Assembly (NCBI RefSeq): GCF_000143415.4
Contig: NW_003314297.1
Coordinates: 1,279,430-1,343,429, forward strand
Source: Selaginella moellendorffii
Taxonomy: Eukaryota > Plantae > Lycopodiophyta
Direction: 5' to 3'
Length of the DNA: 64,000 nt
Positions 1-10,746 of the stretch are shown in pieces (position 1 is the first letter of the stretch; each line of letters opens with the position of its first letter). Below the pieces are notes generated by a model. The model saw only the letters and a list, made by a program, of their open reading frames with translations, was not told the DNA's origin and did not search any database. The position numbers were made by a program, and so were the translations under genes.

Positions 1-968
1 TTTAGTATCGGAGGTGATTGAATCTGGAGCGATCAATAAGATTTTCGGGGAGCTTGTTTTGTTGTGAAGATATATCAGAGAGCTCGGATCAAAAGATTGG
101 ATAAATACTGGCTTGTCAAGCCACTCCTTTGTGAGATACTTTGCATTGTAGTCATATTTTTTCAAGATGTTAAGAAAAACATCCTCAAATTTTCTTCCCT
201 CGGACCATTTAACCTGGAAGAAAATAAAATAATAAATAGAAAACCTTTAATCAAGAGAGGACTTACGTGGTGATTGATAAACGTTGGGCTTTTAATTTCC
301 ACGTAGATTCCAACCCTCTCCGACTTCGGTGAAGCCAAGGCAATAGCTATGAATTCCTCGAAAGTTGGTATTTGAAGTTTACCTGGAGCAGCATTTCATG
401 CGATCAACAAATCTTATACTTTGCAAACTTTGCAAACTACCATTGTAAGATTGGTCGCGATTAGGATATCGTTGGATCAAGCGCAGCGACTTTAATTCCT
501 CCAGAGTGAAGTCCACTACACAAAAACACATCGATCACACAAGTTTGTAGAGATTACACACTCACCTGCGAAGTATCCAGTGACATTAACACCATCAACG
601 ACATACGTTTGCTTTCGACTCGCAAACTCGGGGTGATCATGCACGTCGGTAACGCTGTCCAAAATCAAGTCATGGAAGCAAATCAGCTTGCCATCCTTAG
701 TTGCTGTTATATCAGCCTCAATAAAATCGGCCCCCTCTTCAATGGCACGCTAAATCAAACACCAACTTAGAACAATCAAAGCTGCAAAAGAGTAGAACAC
801 AATTACCTTGTATGCAAGCACGGATTCTTCCGGAAACTCCCCGCTAGAACCTCGGTGAGCGATGTTATATGGTTCATTCGTTTGAAAAGGGAATTGAAAA
901 ACACGGCAATCAGAACCCGCGAGTAGTAGTAACAGCAATAGAGAAACGTAAAACATCGTAGAACCCAT
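1..968 (-). CDS. Glycerophosphodiester phosphodiesterase (GDPD, secreted type); multi-exon, 3' part runs off the window start
   Basis: Signal peptide then YNIAHRGSSGEFPEES; later exons give IEEGADFIEADITATKDGKLICFHD and PVFIQSF; GT-AG introns. Confidence 0.88.
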
Positions 969-1104
969 GACGCTCTAGAATCGTTCTCTAAGGTTTTGGC
1001 CTCTTATAAAATCCCAGTCTCCAAATTCGGTTTGCCCTAATATGGGCACTCTGTTTTTAGGGTTGACAAGATGTTTAGGGCTAGGCAAGGGCAAAGGTGT
1101 CGGT

Positions 1105-1151
1105 GACACGTAGAGCAAACGCGTGCATACGCGGCGAGCATTACACGTGGC
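1105..1151 (+). promoter_or_regulatory. ABA-response complex: two ABRE/G-boxes plus a CE3-like element in the GDPD/GEM divergent promoter
   Basis: GACACGT 1105-1111, ACGCGTG 1119-1125, ACACGTGGC 1143-1151, about 110-155 bp upstream of the GRAM gene ATG. Confidence 0.5.
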
Positions 1152-1259
1152 TTTCGCTCTTTATTACAATATAGTTTTGCCCTTGGCATTGCGATTGATC
1201 GATTTCATTTGAAGTGGTGCTTTTTAGGCGAGAACAAACGCGAGAGGAAGAGAGAAGCT

Positions 1260-2635
1260 ATGGCGACTCAGCAGCAGCAACAGCAACCTCCCAGCTACGA
1301 TCAAGCTCAATCGCGCGGCGGCAGCGATCCGTATGTGTCGTATCCACAGGTCTATCCCGGCGGTGGCGAGAAAGCGAAGCAATCCACGCAGTGGGAGGAG
1401 GCGCCGGTGATGGGCACTCCAGCGAACCCTAGCGCTCATCCGGGTAATCAGCAAGCAGCCATGTCCCAGCGCCCCGAATTGAAGGAAGGGAAGGGATTTG
1501 ACGAGCCCGGAGTGGCGGGAAGCTATGTCTCGCCACAGGTCGGCGGAGGAGGAGGAGATCCCAATAGAGCCGGTGGCGGTGCTGGAAGTCCCTACGTCCA
1601 GACAGCATCCATCCCATCCACTCCAGGAAAGAGTAAGCGATCTCTCATAGTTTGATCTCTTCCTTTTTTGTTGGATCGATCGAGCCTTGTGATCGCAGGT
1701 CCCATGGAGTCTATCCTCGAGATCTTGAACAAATGGGGAAAGAAGGCCGAGGGCATGGCCGAGAACGTATGGAATCACTGTAAGTTCTTCCACAAGAGTC
1801 TAAAGTTCACAGTGATGTCTCTAGTGGATTTTCCTTCTAGTGGATCTTCCATGAACTTCATAGCTTACTTGCCAGTGAAGAAGCTCACAATTTTTAATCT
1901 TTTGCAACAGTGAAGGCCGGTCCTTCAATGACGGATACCGCGTGGGGGAAGCTCAGCCATGGCACCAAGGTCTTCACGGAAGGGGGATACGAGAACGTCT
2001 TCAAGCAAACTTTCGGTACCGAGGAGAACGAACGCCTCCGAAAGTCGTACGCGTGCTATCTCTCCACGTCTACGGGGCCGGTGCCGGGAGTTCTCTACAT
2101 CTCCAACCGTAGAATCGCGTTTTCTAGCGATCGACCGCTCACGTATTATCCCTCGCCGGGACAGCAAGCCATGAGCTACTACAAGGTAAAGTCTCTTCCT
2201 TCGTTTCGAGTTTCTTAGTTCCTTCGCGTATTTCTTCCTTTGTTTCGAGTTTCTTATTTCACCCTGGCTTGTTTCTTCCTCTGTTTCGGGTTTCCTTCGC
2301 GCATTTCCTCCTTTCAAGTTTCTTAGTTTTCCATGGCAGTGTTTTACTTTTAAATCTTCCATTTTCCCTGGTTTTCTTTCGTTTAGATCTTTCATTTCTT
2401 ATCTCTGTCCATTTTGCAGCTGGTCATACCTGTGGACAAGCTGAGGAGTGTCAATCCCTCGACCAATCCACAGAAACCCATGGAGAAGTATATCCAGCTC
2501 TCCACCGTTGACAACCATGAGTTTTGGTTCATGGGGTTTGTCAACTACGACAAAGGTGTGAAGAACTTGCAGCTGGTGTTGAACAATCCGAATGGGTCTT
2601 GGGATTCTTCCCCTAGACCACAGTACAATGCTTGA
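1260..2635 (+). CDS. GRAM-domain GEM-like protein (4 exons)
   Basis: Exons ~1260-1632, 1699-1779, 1911-2184, 2420-2635; motifs ACYLSTSTGPVPGVLYIS, YYKLVIP, EKYIQLSTVDNHEFWFMGFVNYDK. Confidence 0.92.
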
Positions 2636-2919
2636 AAGCGTCTACCATTTGTATAAATCTGTATGTGATGTGAAATCTTTTAAAGCTTTGTGTGGACTGA
2701 ACAAACCAAATTGTCAGAAGTGTGTGAGAATCTAAGCAGGGAAAAACATACCTTGTGTTTTTCGGATAATTCGGTCTAACAATATCTTTGGAATGATCAT
2801 TTAATTCGGCACCATTATGTTCCACGCATTTGGAACTTCCCCTGGATGATATAAACATGCCGCAGGCATGAGCATTGCAACAAAATAAAAATCAGCTAAA
2901 AAGTGAAATCACTTACCTC

Positions 2920-4130
2920 ATGGGGCTTATATTTCTCTTTCTTGTATTCCTTGTTTTTGTAAAGCAATGCTACGAGTCAGTAATCGAAGCTCAAGAAAAA
3001 TGAAATGTTTGCTCACCGCTACGCGTCTCAAATGGCTCCTCCGCACAGATATCTAGGTGCTTCAAAGCGATGTACGTTCTCGGGGACTCCCTGGACGACA
3101 CTGGGAACTTTGCATCCGGGCACGCCACCCAGTCCGTACGGTGTCACGAATCCCGGGTGTCCCAAAGGCCGATTCACCAACGGTGGCGTACTGGTGGATT
3201 TCATAGGTCATCTAGAGCAAAGAAAACAAAATGTCAGGGAGCCAAATGAACGCTGCAGCACAAGACCTTGGACGAAAACCAACAATTCCTTACCATAGCT
3301 GTTCTTGCGGGACGAGCTTTGCCTTCGTTGGAGGAACGGTGTTAGGCCTGGATTACTTCCACCAAAGGGGGGTACCTACTCTCGTGCCAGGATCGTTTGA
3401 CAATGAAACTGCGTGGTTCGATTCTTACAGAAAAAACTGCTCCGGTATAGAGCTTGAGAAGAGCTTGGTCGTTGTCGGGGGTGGTGAACTCTGCAACAAT
3501 AGACGAAAGTATACACCACTGGGTTGATCAATTGGTGAACAAGTTAGTCCAGGTAAATAGAACTTACAGTCTCGCTCACTCTTTCAAGATCATATGTTCT
3601 GTCTTTCCAGAATGCCTGTTGGTTCTTAATGTGCCTTCCACAGCCTGTACGCCAATTTATCTCGACACTATACCAGACATCAAAGGTTTGGATGACTATG
3701 GATGCTTGAAAGGATACGGAAAAGTTATAACCACTCACAACAAGAGGGCTGTTCAAATCGGAGGCGATTACCAAAGGAGCTACCGTCTTCATAGCCGACC
3801 GCTATAAGTTCCTGTATGACGTGCTGCGAGAGCCAGGAAAATATGATGAAACCATCTACTTTCAAGTTGTTTTGATTGAATTGTATGTACGCAGGATTTG
3901 AGAAAACTCACGAGGCTTGCTGCGGTGGTGATGGCCAACACAACGCAATTGTCGGGTGTGGTCACTCTGGATTTACTCTCTGCAGCAACGTCAGTCAGTA
4001 TCTTTTCTTCGATCAATTTCACTTCACGGAGAGTTTCAATAGGCAGGAAGCAATGGCACTCGTCCACGAAAAAGAATACCTTGTTTCAAATCGTGGATCT
4101 CGATTATCTCTGGATGACTTATGTCGATAG
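2920..4130 (+). pseudogene. GDSL esterase/lipase, frameshifted
   Basis: MYVLGDSLDDTGN (frame of 3061) shifts to PYG...GRFTNG (frame of 3005) with no intron between; further frame changes; C-terminal ACCG and LFFDQFHFTE (DxxH). Confidence 0.72.
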
Positions 4131-6302
4131 TAGTCGTGATTCGTGCATTTGTGTAATGGAATCGCTGCACATAGTTCTAATTCGAAGTGCTTCGTCCAAC
4201 ATGCCAGCAGTAACATATATGTTAGCCATCGTCACATAAATCGAAGCACCAACATTACCAAGCTTCAACATGGACTCGAAGGCAAGCTGTCCGACTTCCA
4301 CATTCTTCCACCGTTGAGAAGCATCCAGCAAACACGTCCATATTACATGATTTGGTTCGAATGGCATGCTCCTCACCAATGCCACTGCATCATTCAACTG
4401 ATTAGTACGACCGTAGAGATCAACCATGCATGAGTAGTGCTGGATGCAAGGAGAAACCCCATACTCCGAGCTCATGACTGTGAAGAAATGCTTCCCTTTG
4501 TCGATAAGTCCGGCATGGCTGCAAGCGCTCAGAATCGAGAGGAAGATCACGTCGTCCGGCTGCAACCGCAGCTTCTTCATCCTCTCGAACAAATCAAGCA
4601 CGCTGTCGGTGTCTCCTTGAGAGCTGTAACCTGCCATCATCGCACTCCAGGCAACTAAGTTCTTGTGGTTGCTAGGAACCGAAAAGAATACCTGCTCAGC
4701 TTCGGCCATGCTCCCGCACTTGCCAAAAAAATCGATGAGACAAGTCCAGACGAAGGTGTTGCTGTCCAATCCAGCTCGCTGAAGCTCCTTGTAAATCTCT
4801 CGTCCTTTCTCTAACGCTCCCAAGCTTGCGCAGGCCTTAAGAGCAGCCACGAATGTCACCGCGTCCGCTACAAGCCCCTCTCCTCTCATGCGTGTAAAAA
4901 GTCGTAGAGCCTGCTCGCTTTCCCCGACCTGGACGTAGCTCTGAATAATCGCTGTCCACGAGACCGAATCACGATCCGTCATGCCGTCAAAAACACGTCG
5001 TGCTTCCTCCACACTCCCACACTTCGCGTACATGTCGACGAGAGCATTTGACACGAAGAGGTCCCGTCCGAGACCATCTGCGGCAGCTTGCGAGTGAATA
5101 CCTCTACCAATCTCGAGCCACTTTCTCTTGAGCACCTTGTCCTCGGACTCTCGCCCATGAACCGGCTTGCTACTGTCACCACCATCACCACTTGCTCTCT
5201 CGGCCAAGCTCACGCAAGCCTTGAGCGCAGCTAGATAAGTCACAGCATTTGGCACGTATCCGTCACCTCGCATTCTCGAGTATAAATCCAAGCTGAGCTC
5301 GCCTTGCCCGCACCGTGCGTAGCCCAGAATCAACGAGCTCCACGAAACCACGCTTGGTTTCCTCAAAGCGTCGAACACCCGCCTTGCATCCTCCATACTT
5401 CCACACTTCGAGTACATGTCCACCAAGGCGTTTCCCACGAATTTTTCCAGCTCGTAGCCACCTTTTAGTGCTTGACCATGCACTTGTCTGCCTCTTCTTA
5501 GACAACCACTGAGAGAACTCCTCCACTGCTCACTTGATTCTCCCAAAGAAGCGCAGGCTTTTAACGCTGCGAGAACCGTGACCCGGTCGGGATCGCAGCC
5601 TTCTTCTTGCATGGCAGCGTAGAACTCCAGCGCCAAGTCTGCTTGCCCGGTCTCGGCAAATCCCAAGATCACCGCAGTCCAAGAGACTGCATTCCTGGAA
5701 TCCATGCTCTCGAAGACGAGCTGGGCGTCCACCAAGCTCCCACACTTGGCGTAAGAATCCGTCAAAGAACTGGCCAGAAATATTTCTGAGAGTTCCCCGA
5801 ATCTGGCAGCCCGAGCGTGGATGTCCTGGATTCTAGCCAAGAATCTAGCTCTGGAGCCACGGCCCCTGGATCGCTCGATCAAGCTCGAGCAAGCCTTGAG
5901 CGCTGCAAGAAATGTGACATGATCCGGACGGCACGACGAATCACTGCCTCCCCCTTCCTGGACAAACCGATCGAAATATCCCAGCGCGGCATCACCATCG
6001 CCGTTGAGCGCCAGTCCCTGGATGATGCAGTTCCAAGAAACCACGTCGCGCTGCCGGATGCTCTCGAAGACGCCGCGAGCCTCCATCGCGCTGCCGCATT
6101 TCGCGTACATATCGATCAGCGAGCTCGCGATGGCCGGGTGCGCGTCCAAATCCCCGTTCTTGGCCGCGTCCCTGTGAATCATCCTACCTGATTCCAGGTC
6201 CCTGGAGCGCTTGCATGCCTTGATCGCTGCCAGGACGGCTCCCACGCCGGGATTCACTCCCTGATCGCGAGCGCTGTGACAGACCGCGATAGATTTCTCC
6301 AT
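4119..6302 (-). CDS. PLS-class PPR protein with E domain, no DYW (organellar RNA-editing factor family)
   Basis: Intronless ORF with repeated LIDMYAKCGS / DVVSWN / PDxVTFLAALKAC motifs, ending HYSCMVDLYGR...WTCLLDAS...YVTMANIY; first ATG at 6302. Confidence 0.92.
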   Translation of the reverse strand: MEKSIAVCHSARDQGVNPGVGAVLAAIKACKRSRDLESGRMIHRDAAKNGDLDAHPAIASSLIDMYAKCGSAMEARGVFESIRQRDVVSWNCIIQGLALNGDGDAALGYFDRFVQEGGGSDSSCRPDHVTFLAALKACSSLIERSRGRGSRARFLARIQDIHARAARFGELSEIFLASSLTDSYAKCGSLVDAQLVFESMDSRNAVSWTAVILGFAETGQADLALEFYAAMQEEGCDPDRVTVLAALKACASLGESSEQWRSSLSGCLRRGRQVHGQALKGGYELEKFVGNALVDMYSKCGSMEDARRVFDALRKPSVVSWSSLILGYARCGQGELSLDLYSRMRGDGYVPNAVTYLAALKACVSLAERASGDGGDSSKPVHGRESEDKVLKRKWLEIGRGIHSQAAADGLGRDLFVSNALVDMYAKCGSVEEARRVFDGMTDRDSVSWTAIIQSYVQVGESEQALRLFTRMRGEGLVADAVTFVAALKACASLGALEKGREIYKELQRAGLDSNTFVWTCLIDFFGKCGSMAEAEQVFFSVPSNHKNLVAWSAMMAGYSSQGDTDSVLDLFERMKKLRLQPDDVIFLSILSACSHAGLIDKGKHFFTVMSSEYGVSPCIQHYSCMVDLYGRTNQLNDAVALVRSMPFEPNHVIWTCLLDASQRWKNVEVGQLAFESMLKLGNVGASIYVTMANIYVTAGMLDEALRIRTMCSDSITQMHESRLLST

Positions 6303-6438
6303 CCCGGATCCATAAACCCTAAAATGCGCCACTCGGTATATCCTCCATCCAGTTGAAAGAAGGTATATCCAGTTTTATAAGGTTTAGACGAGGGTTATTT
6401 GATCAGCTCGTGGAAATTTTGACGCATCGAGGAGCGCC

Positions 6439-8285
6439 ATGGTCTCCAGAGTAAGCCATCGATCCCAAATTTCGATTCCAGGCTAGATTTCTCTCCAAAT
6501 CTCTTCCATCACTGGTGATCTGAGGGTTTTTGCTTCGATTTTCCAGCAGCGCAGCGCCGGCATCCCCTCTAGCCCTAATTCGCCAGCTCCGGAACAGCCA
6601 TTTCTATCCATCTCTGTCACCGATCCGGTGAAGCTCGGTAACAATGTACAAGCCTACATTTCTTATCGGGTCAGCACCAAGGTGTGTGAGTTTTAAGCTT
6701 GTTATGTGTTCTTCCCGGAGAGATCATCTTTTTCTTTCTTTTTTCCTTTCAGACTAACATGCAAGAGTATCGGGGCTTGGAGAAGATTGTCATTCGTAGA
6801 TACAGCGATTTTGTGTGGCTACACGAGCGATTAACTGAGAGATACAAGGGCATTATCATTCCTCCGCTTCCAGAGAAAAGTGCAGTAGGTGAGTGAGCAA
6901 GAAAGTATTTTTCTTTTGCTCTTTCTTACTTACACTTTGTTTGACTGTGCAGAGAAGTTTCGATTTAGCGCCGAGTTTATCGAGGTCAGACGACGAGCTC
7001 TAGACGTGTTTCTGAATCGGATTGCTGCACATCCGATTCTTCGTCAAAGTGACGACTTGAAAAGCTTTCTGCAAGCCGATGAAGACAGTTGGGTTAGTGA
7101 GTTTGCTAGATTTCTATGCAGTGCAGTAATTTTATGTTCCAGGTTGTTGAGAAATCAAGAACAGCTGAGGGGGTTTTCAAAAAGAAACCCAGCGATTTCA
7201 TGCAAATATTCAAGGTAGAGCTGCCAAGTTCTGGTTTTACATGCCATCCTCATTGTTATGGTTTCAACAGGATGTACAATCCAAAGTCACGGACGTTGTG
7301 TTGGGTAAAGAAAAACCCCTGGAAGAGACGAGCGAGGAGTATGAAAAGGTCAAGCACTATGTCACAGAACTTGAAGATCATCTTGGCGAGGCACAGAAGC
7401 AGTCGTATCGTCTGGTGAAGCGTCATAGCGGTCAGCAATTTTATTTTCATCGTGATATCATCTCTTAACTTACTTCCACTTTAGAGTTGGGACAAGCCTT
7501 GGCTGAGTTTGGCAAATCGGTGAAGTCCCTTGGAGGCTGTGAAACGGGACTTCTTGGCAAAGCCTTCGGAGAACTTGGCAACCGTGCGGAGTTACTTTCC
7601 TACAAGCTACAAAAACAGGTATTCTGCTTTCCATATCTCCTTGTGAAATGCTTATCGGTCATTTCATCCAGGCGCAAGATCTGCTCATGAACTTTGAGGA
7701 GCCGCTCAAAGAGTACGTCCGAACTGTCCAGTCTATCAAAGTAAGATAACGTCTTTTCTAAAAAAGAATGCTAAAGGGGTGTTTCTTGTGTAGGCGGTGC
7801 TGAGTGATAGAGCGCAAGCCTTCAGGCAACAACGTGAGCTCTTTGAAGCATCAAAGCTGAAAGAGATCAACCTGTAAGTGACCCATGCTCTGTATTTCCA
7901 GTCGACTTATCCAGCTTCCTCGTCTTGTCAGGGAAAAGCTAAGAGTAGTGCGGCCTGACAAAGTAGGGGAGGCCGAGATCGACTACAGAGAGGTATGTTC
8001 GCATCGATCGTTGTTGTCTTGCACGAATGACACTTTGCTTCACAGACGAAACTTCAAAGCGACGAAGCAAACAGGCGCTACGAAGAGATCGTCAAGGTGA
8101 TGCAGCAGGAAATGGTGAGGTTCCAGGAAGAAAAGACTCGAGACTTGGGTGCCGTCTTTCACGAGTTTGCTCGCGGCCAGGCCCAGCTAGCCAACGACAC
8201 AGCCGAGGCTTGGAAGGTTTTGGCATCGCAACTGGACGCCTGGTCGCATCAAAGCGCTGGAAAGGCCGTAGAGTCGTCCGCTTGA
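6439..8285 (+). CDS. SNX1: Sorting nexin 1 (PX + BAR), multi-exon
   Basis: ISVTDPVKLGNNVQAYISYRV, VIRRYSDFVWLHERL, PPLPEKS, EFIEVRRRALDVFLNRI, EMVRFQEEKTRDLG; stop at 8285. Confidence 0.93.
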
Positions 8286-8389
8286 GACGAACAACGCACT
8301 CTCGTGTTGTAAAAATTTACAGGCGAAGAGAATATCATCCTTCCAGGTGTGCTAGAATGCTTCTTCTTTCCTGTTGTTATTTTCGCTCG

Positions 8390-10723
8390 CTAGCCATGTA
8401 CGTAAGAGCCAAGCGCGCTCGTCACGAGAGAGCGTGCCAGCCACAGCAATCCAGGATCATTGGTCTTGAGCACAAAGCTTGACATCGCTGCTTCTTCGGC
8501 AAATCCAACCATTTTAAGCAGCTCAATCGCTCCTGTAAAAACAAAACTAAGGACACTCGAAGACCATACAAGCTTTAGACTGATTACCGGCAAACTTTGC
8601 AACACGCTCCTGGAAGACGGGATTGTTCTGCCATGGAACAGCACACGTTAGCAACAAAAACGAAGAAAGTATCGCTTTCATTCACTCGCCTTCTTTATAC
8701 GCCGGTACTTCTCTTCGTTTGGATGCTCCATGACGTTACTGAACAAGCAAGAGCATAGTGAGAAAACAAATGAGAAACCAAAGCTAAACCTTAAGATTTT
8801 CACAAGAGTTTGGAAAGCCATGGCCGCTTCCAAGGGAGTAGCCTGACGAGTAAGCATCGCGATCGAGTCCTCGAGCCGGGAACTAGCAGCAGCTGCTGCG
8901 GCATTGATTCGTTTGATCTCCATGTCCAGTTCTCCCATCTCCATCACTTCCACGTCTCTCTGAAACGGACTTCCATGCCTGAGATCGTCGTCTGGATCCG
9001 GTTCTTTGTGATCTTCTGGAAGTTTAGTTCTTTTATTGTCTCCGTATGCTTCTTGATCGTCTGGATCATTGTCGTCTGGATCTGGTTCTCTGTAATCTTT
9101 TAGAGTTTCCTTCTCGTCCGGGTCTGGTTCTCTGTAATCTTTTAGAGTTTCCTTCTCGTCCGGGTCTGGTTCCCCGTGATGTTCGTTCTCGTCTGGATCT
9201 GGTTCTCTGTGACTTTCCTTCTCATCCGGGTCTGGTTCCCAGGTTTCTGTTCTATATGCGTGCGGTTCGTCTGGATCTGGTTCACTCTCGTAAGCTTGAG
9301 TTTCATCGGGATCCGGTTCACCATCAGGAAATTCTTTGTTATAAGTTTCTTGGTCGTCAGGATCTGGTTCTTCGCTTACTTTATCATCTGGTTTTGAGCT
9401 TTCGGCATTTTCTTTCAGTCTGTTCAATGCTGCGTTGGCTGCTGCTACCTTGACATTCAAAACGGAAGATGAACCTCCACCGAGGCGGTGGCCTTTGCGC
9501 AAGACCTCTGAATTATCCTCAATACTATCTGGAACTTGGTGTTTCATGCCGCTTAGACTTTGGCCTCGCGATCTTGTCCAGTCAAGCTCAAGCGACTCTT
9601 TGTTAAGCTGAAACAAGAAGGATAAGCAATGAGATTGAACCAAAGGAGAAATGTTTACCAGTTTGTCCAGTTGATGGAAATTCTCATCGTGTTCATCATG
9701 TACCATATGCGCCTGAACATAGAACACAGAAGGGTGTTTGTCGGTTGCATATCACAGAAGATCAAGTTTATCTCACCAGTTCATGAAGTAAAGTCTTTCT
9801 TATGGATTCATACTTCCGAAAACCCTTCAAGTCATCTGTTCGAAGACGTAGAGAGATCTCTTCTCCGCGATTCTGCAAAACTATGGAGCTCAACAACAGG
9901 TTCATCGCATGCTTTCGAATTACCTTGTTGAATCCGAGAAGACACTTGGGACTGATTCCGACCAATCCCTCGGGTGCCATTTCACTAAAAACTCCCACTC
10001 GCCATCGATACTGAAAACAAAGTAAAGATCAATCCTTCCGAAGGCATAGAAAAATGCACCTTGTTCATTATGGCGATGATGCCTCTGTCACTAGCCAAGG
10101 CATGCAAGAGCTCGAGAGCTTTCGGAGGTGGTGGAGTCATCTACGAACACCAGCACAAAAATTCCGCGACAATCCATCAAAAACAAAGTACCTGTACGCC
10201 AGGAAGATGAAGAGTTTTAAAGTCTTGAAACGTATAGGGGCCGGCAGGGAGTTTTCCCGTAGCAGAAGCCGAGGAAGCTCGTCGCCGAGCTCGTTCCTCC
10301 TCTTCCTCAAATCCAAGGCTTCTAGTGTCCTTCTGTAAAGCTCCCGAGACTTCCACCGTCTCGTGAGGGAGTGCTCCCATCACACGTAAAACCTTTCCCT
10401 GGAAAGCGAACAATAGAAGCTTTGTAAGCATGGAGGAAGCCAGCGAGCGAACGAAAGAAAAAAAGAGAAACCTCTTCGATCCCACACTCTCCAAGAGATA
10501 GCATGGCGCATTCCTCGCTGAAGGGCTCCAGCGCTCCACGGGCACCTCGAGGAACCAGCAGCTTCATTGTCTGCGGGGAAATCCCAGTAGCCGACTGTAG
10601 CTCCTGCCCCAATTCCCGCAGCGTCGAGCTCGCCGTGATCGCCAGCACGAATTCCTTTCCTCGGTACGTGAACCTCAAGCGCTGCTGCCGCGGCGCCGCC
10701 TCTCGATCCACCTCCATCTCCAT
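8390..10723 (-). CDS. Ubiquitin-like + WLM metalloprotease + PUB domain protein (WSS1B-like)
   Basis: N-terminal UBL; LLGFNKNRGEEISLRLRTDDLKGFRKYESIRKTLLHEL|AH (HExxH split by an intron); PUB-like NVMEHPNEEKYRRIKK and DPGLLWLARS. Confidence 0.9.
8980..9375 (-). repeat. Coding acidic EPDPD repeat array (about 9 copies, including a perfect 42-bp tandem duplication)
   Basis: EPDPD recurs about 9 times; EPDPDEKETLKDYR occurs twice in tandem. Confidence 0.9.
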
Positions 10724-10746
10724 CGCCACTGGACCCAAACCTTCCC

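Noticed and set aside
2200-2335. Repeated gtttcgagtttctt motifs in GRAM-gene intron 3
   Set aside because: Degenerate pyrimidine-rich intronic tandem duplication with no evidence of function
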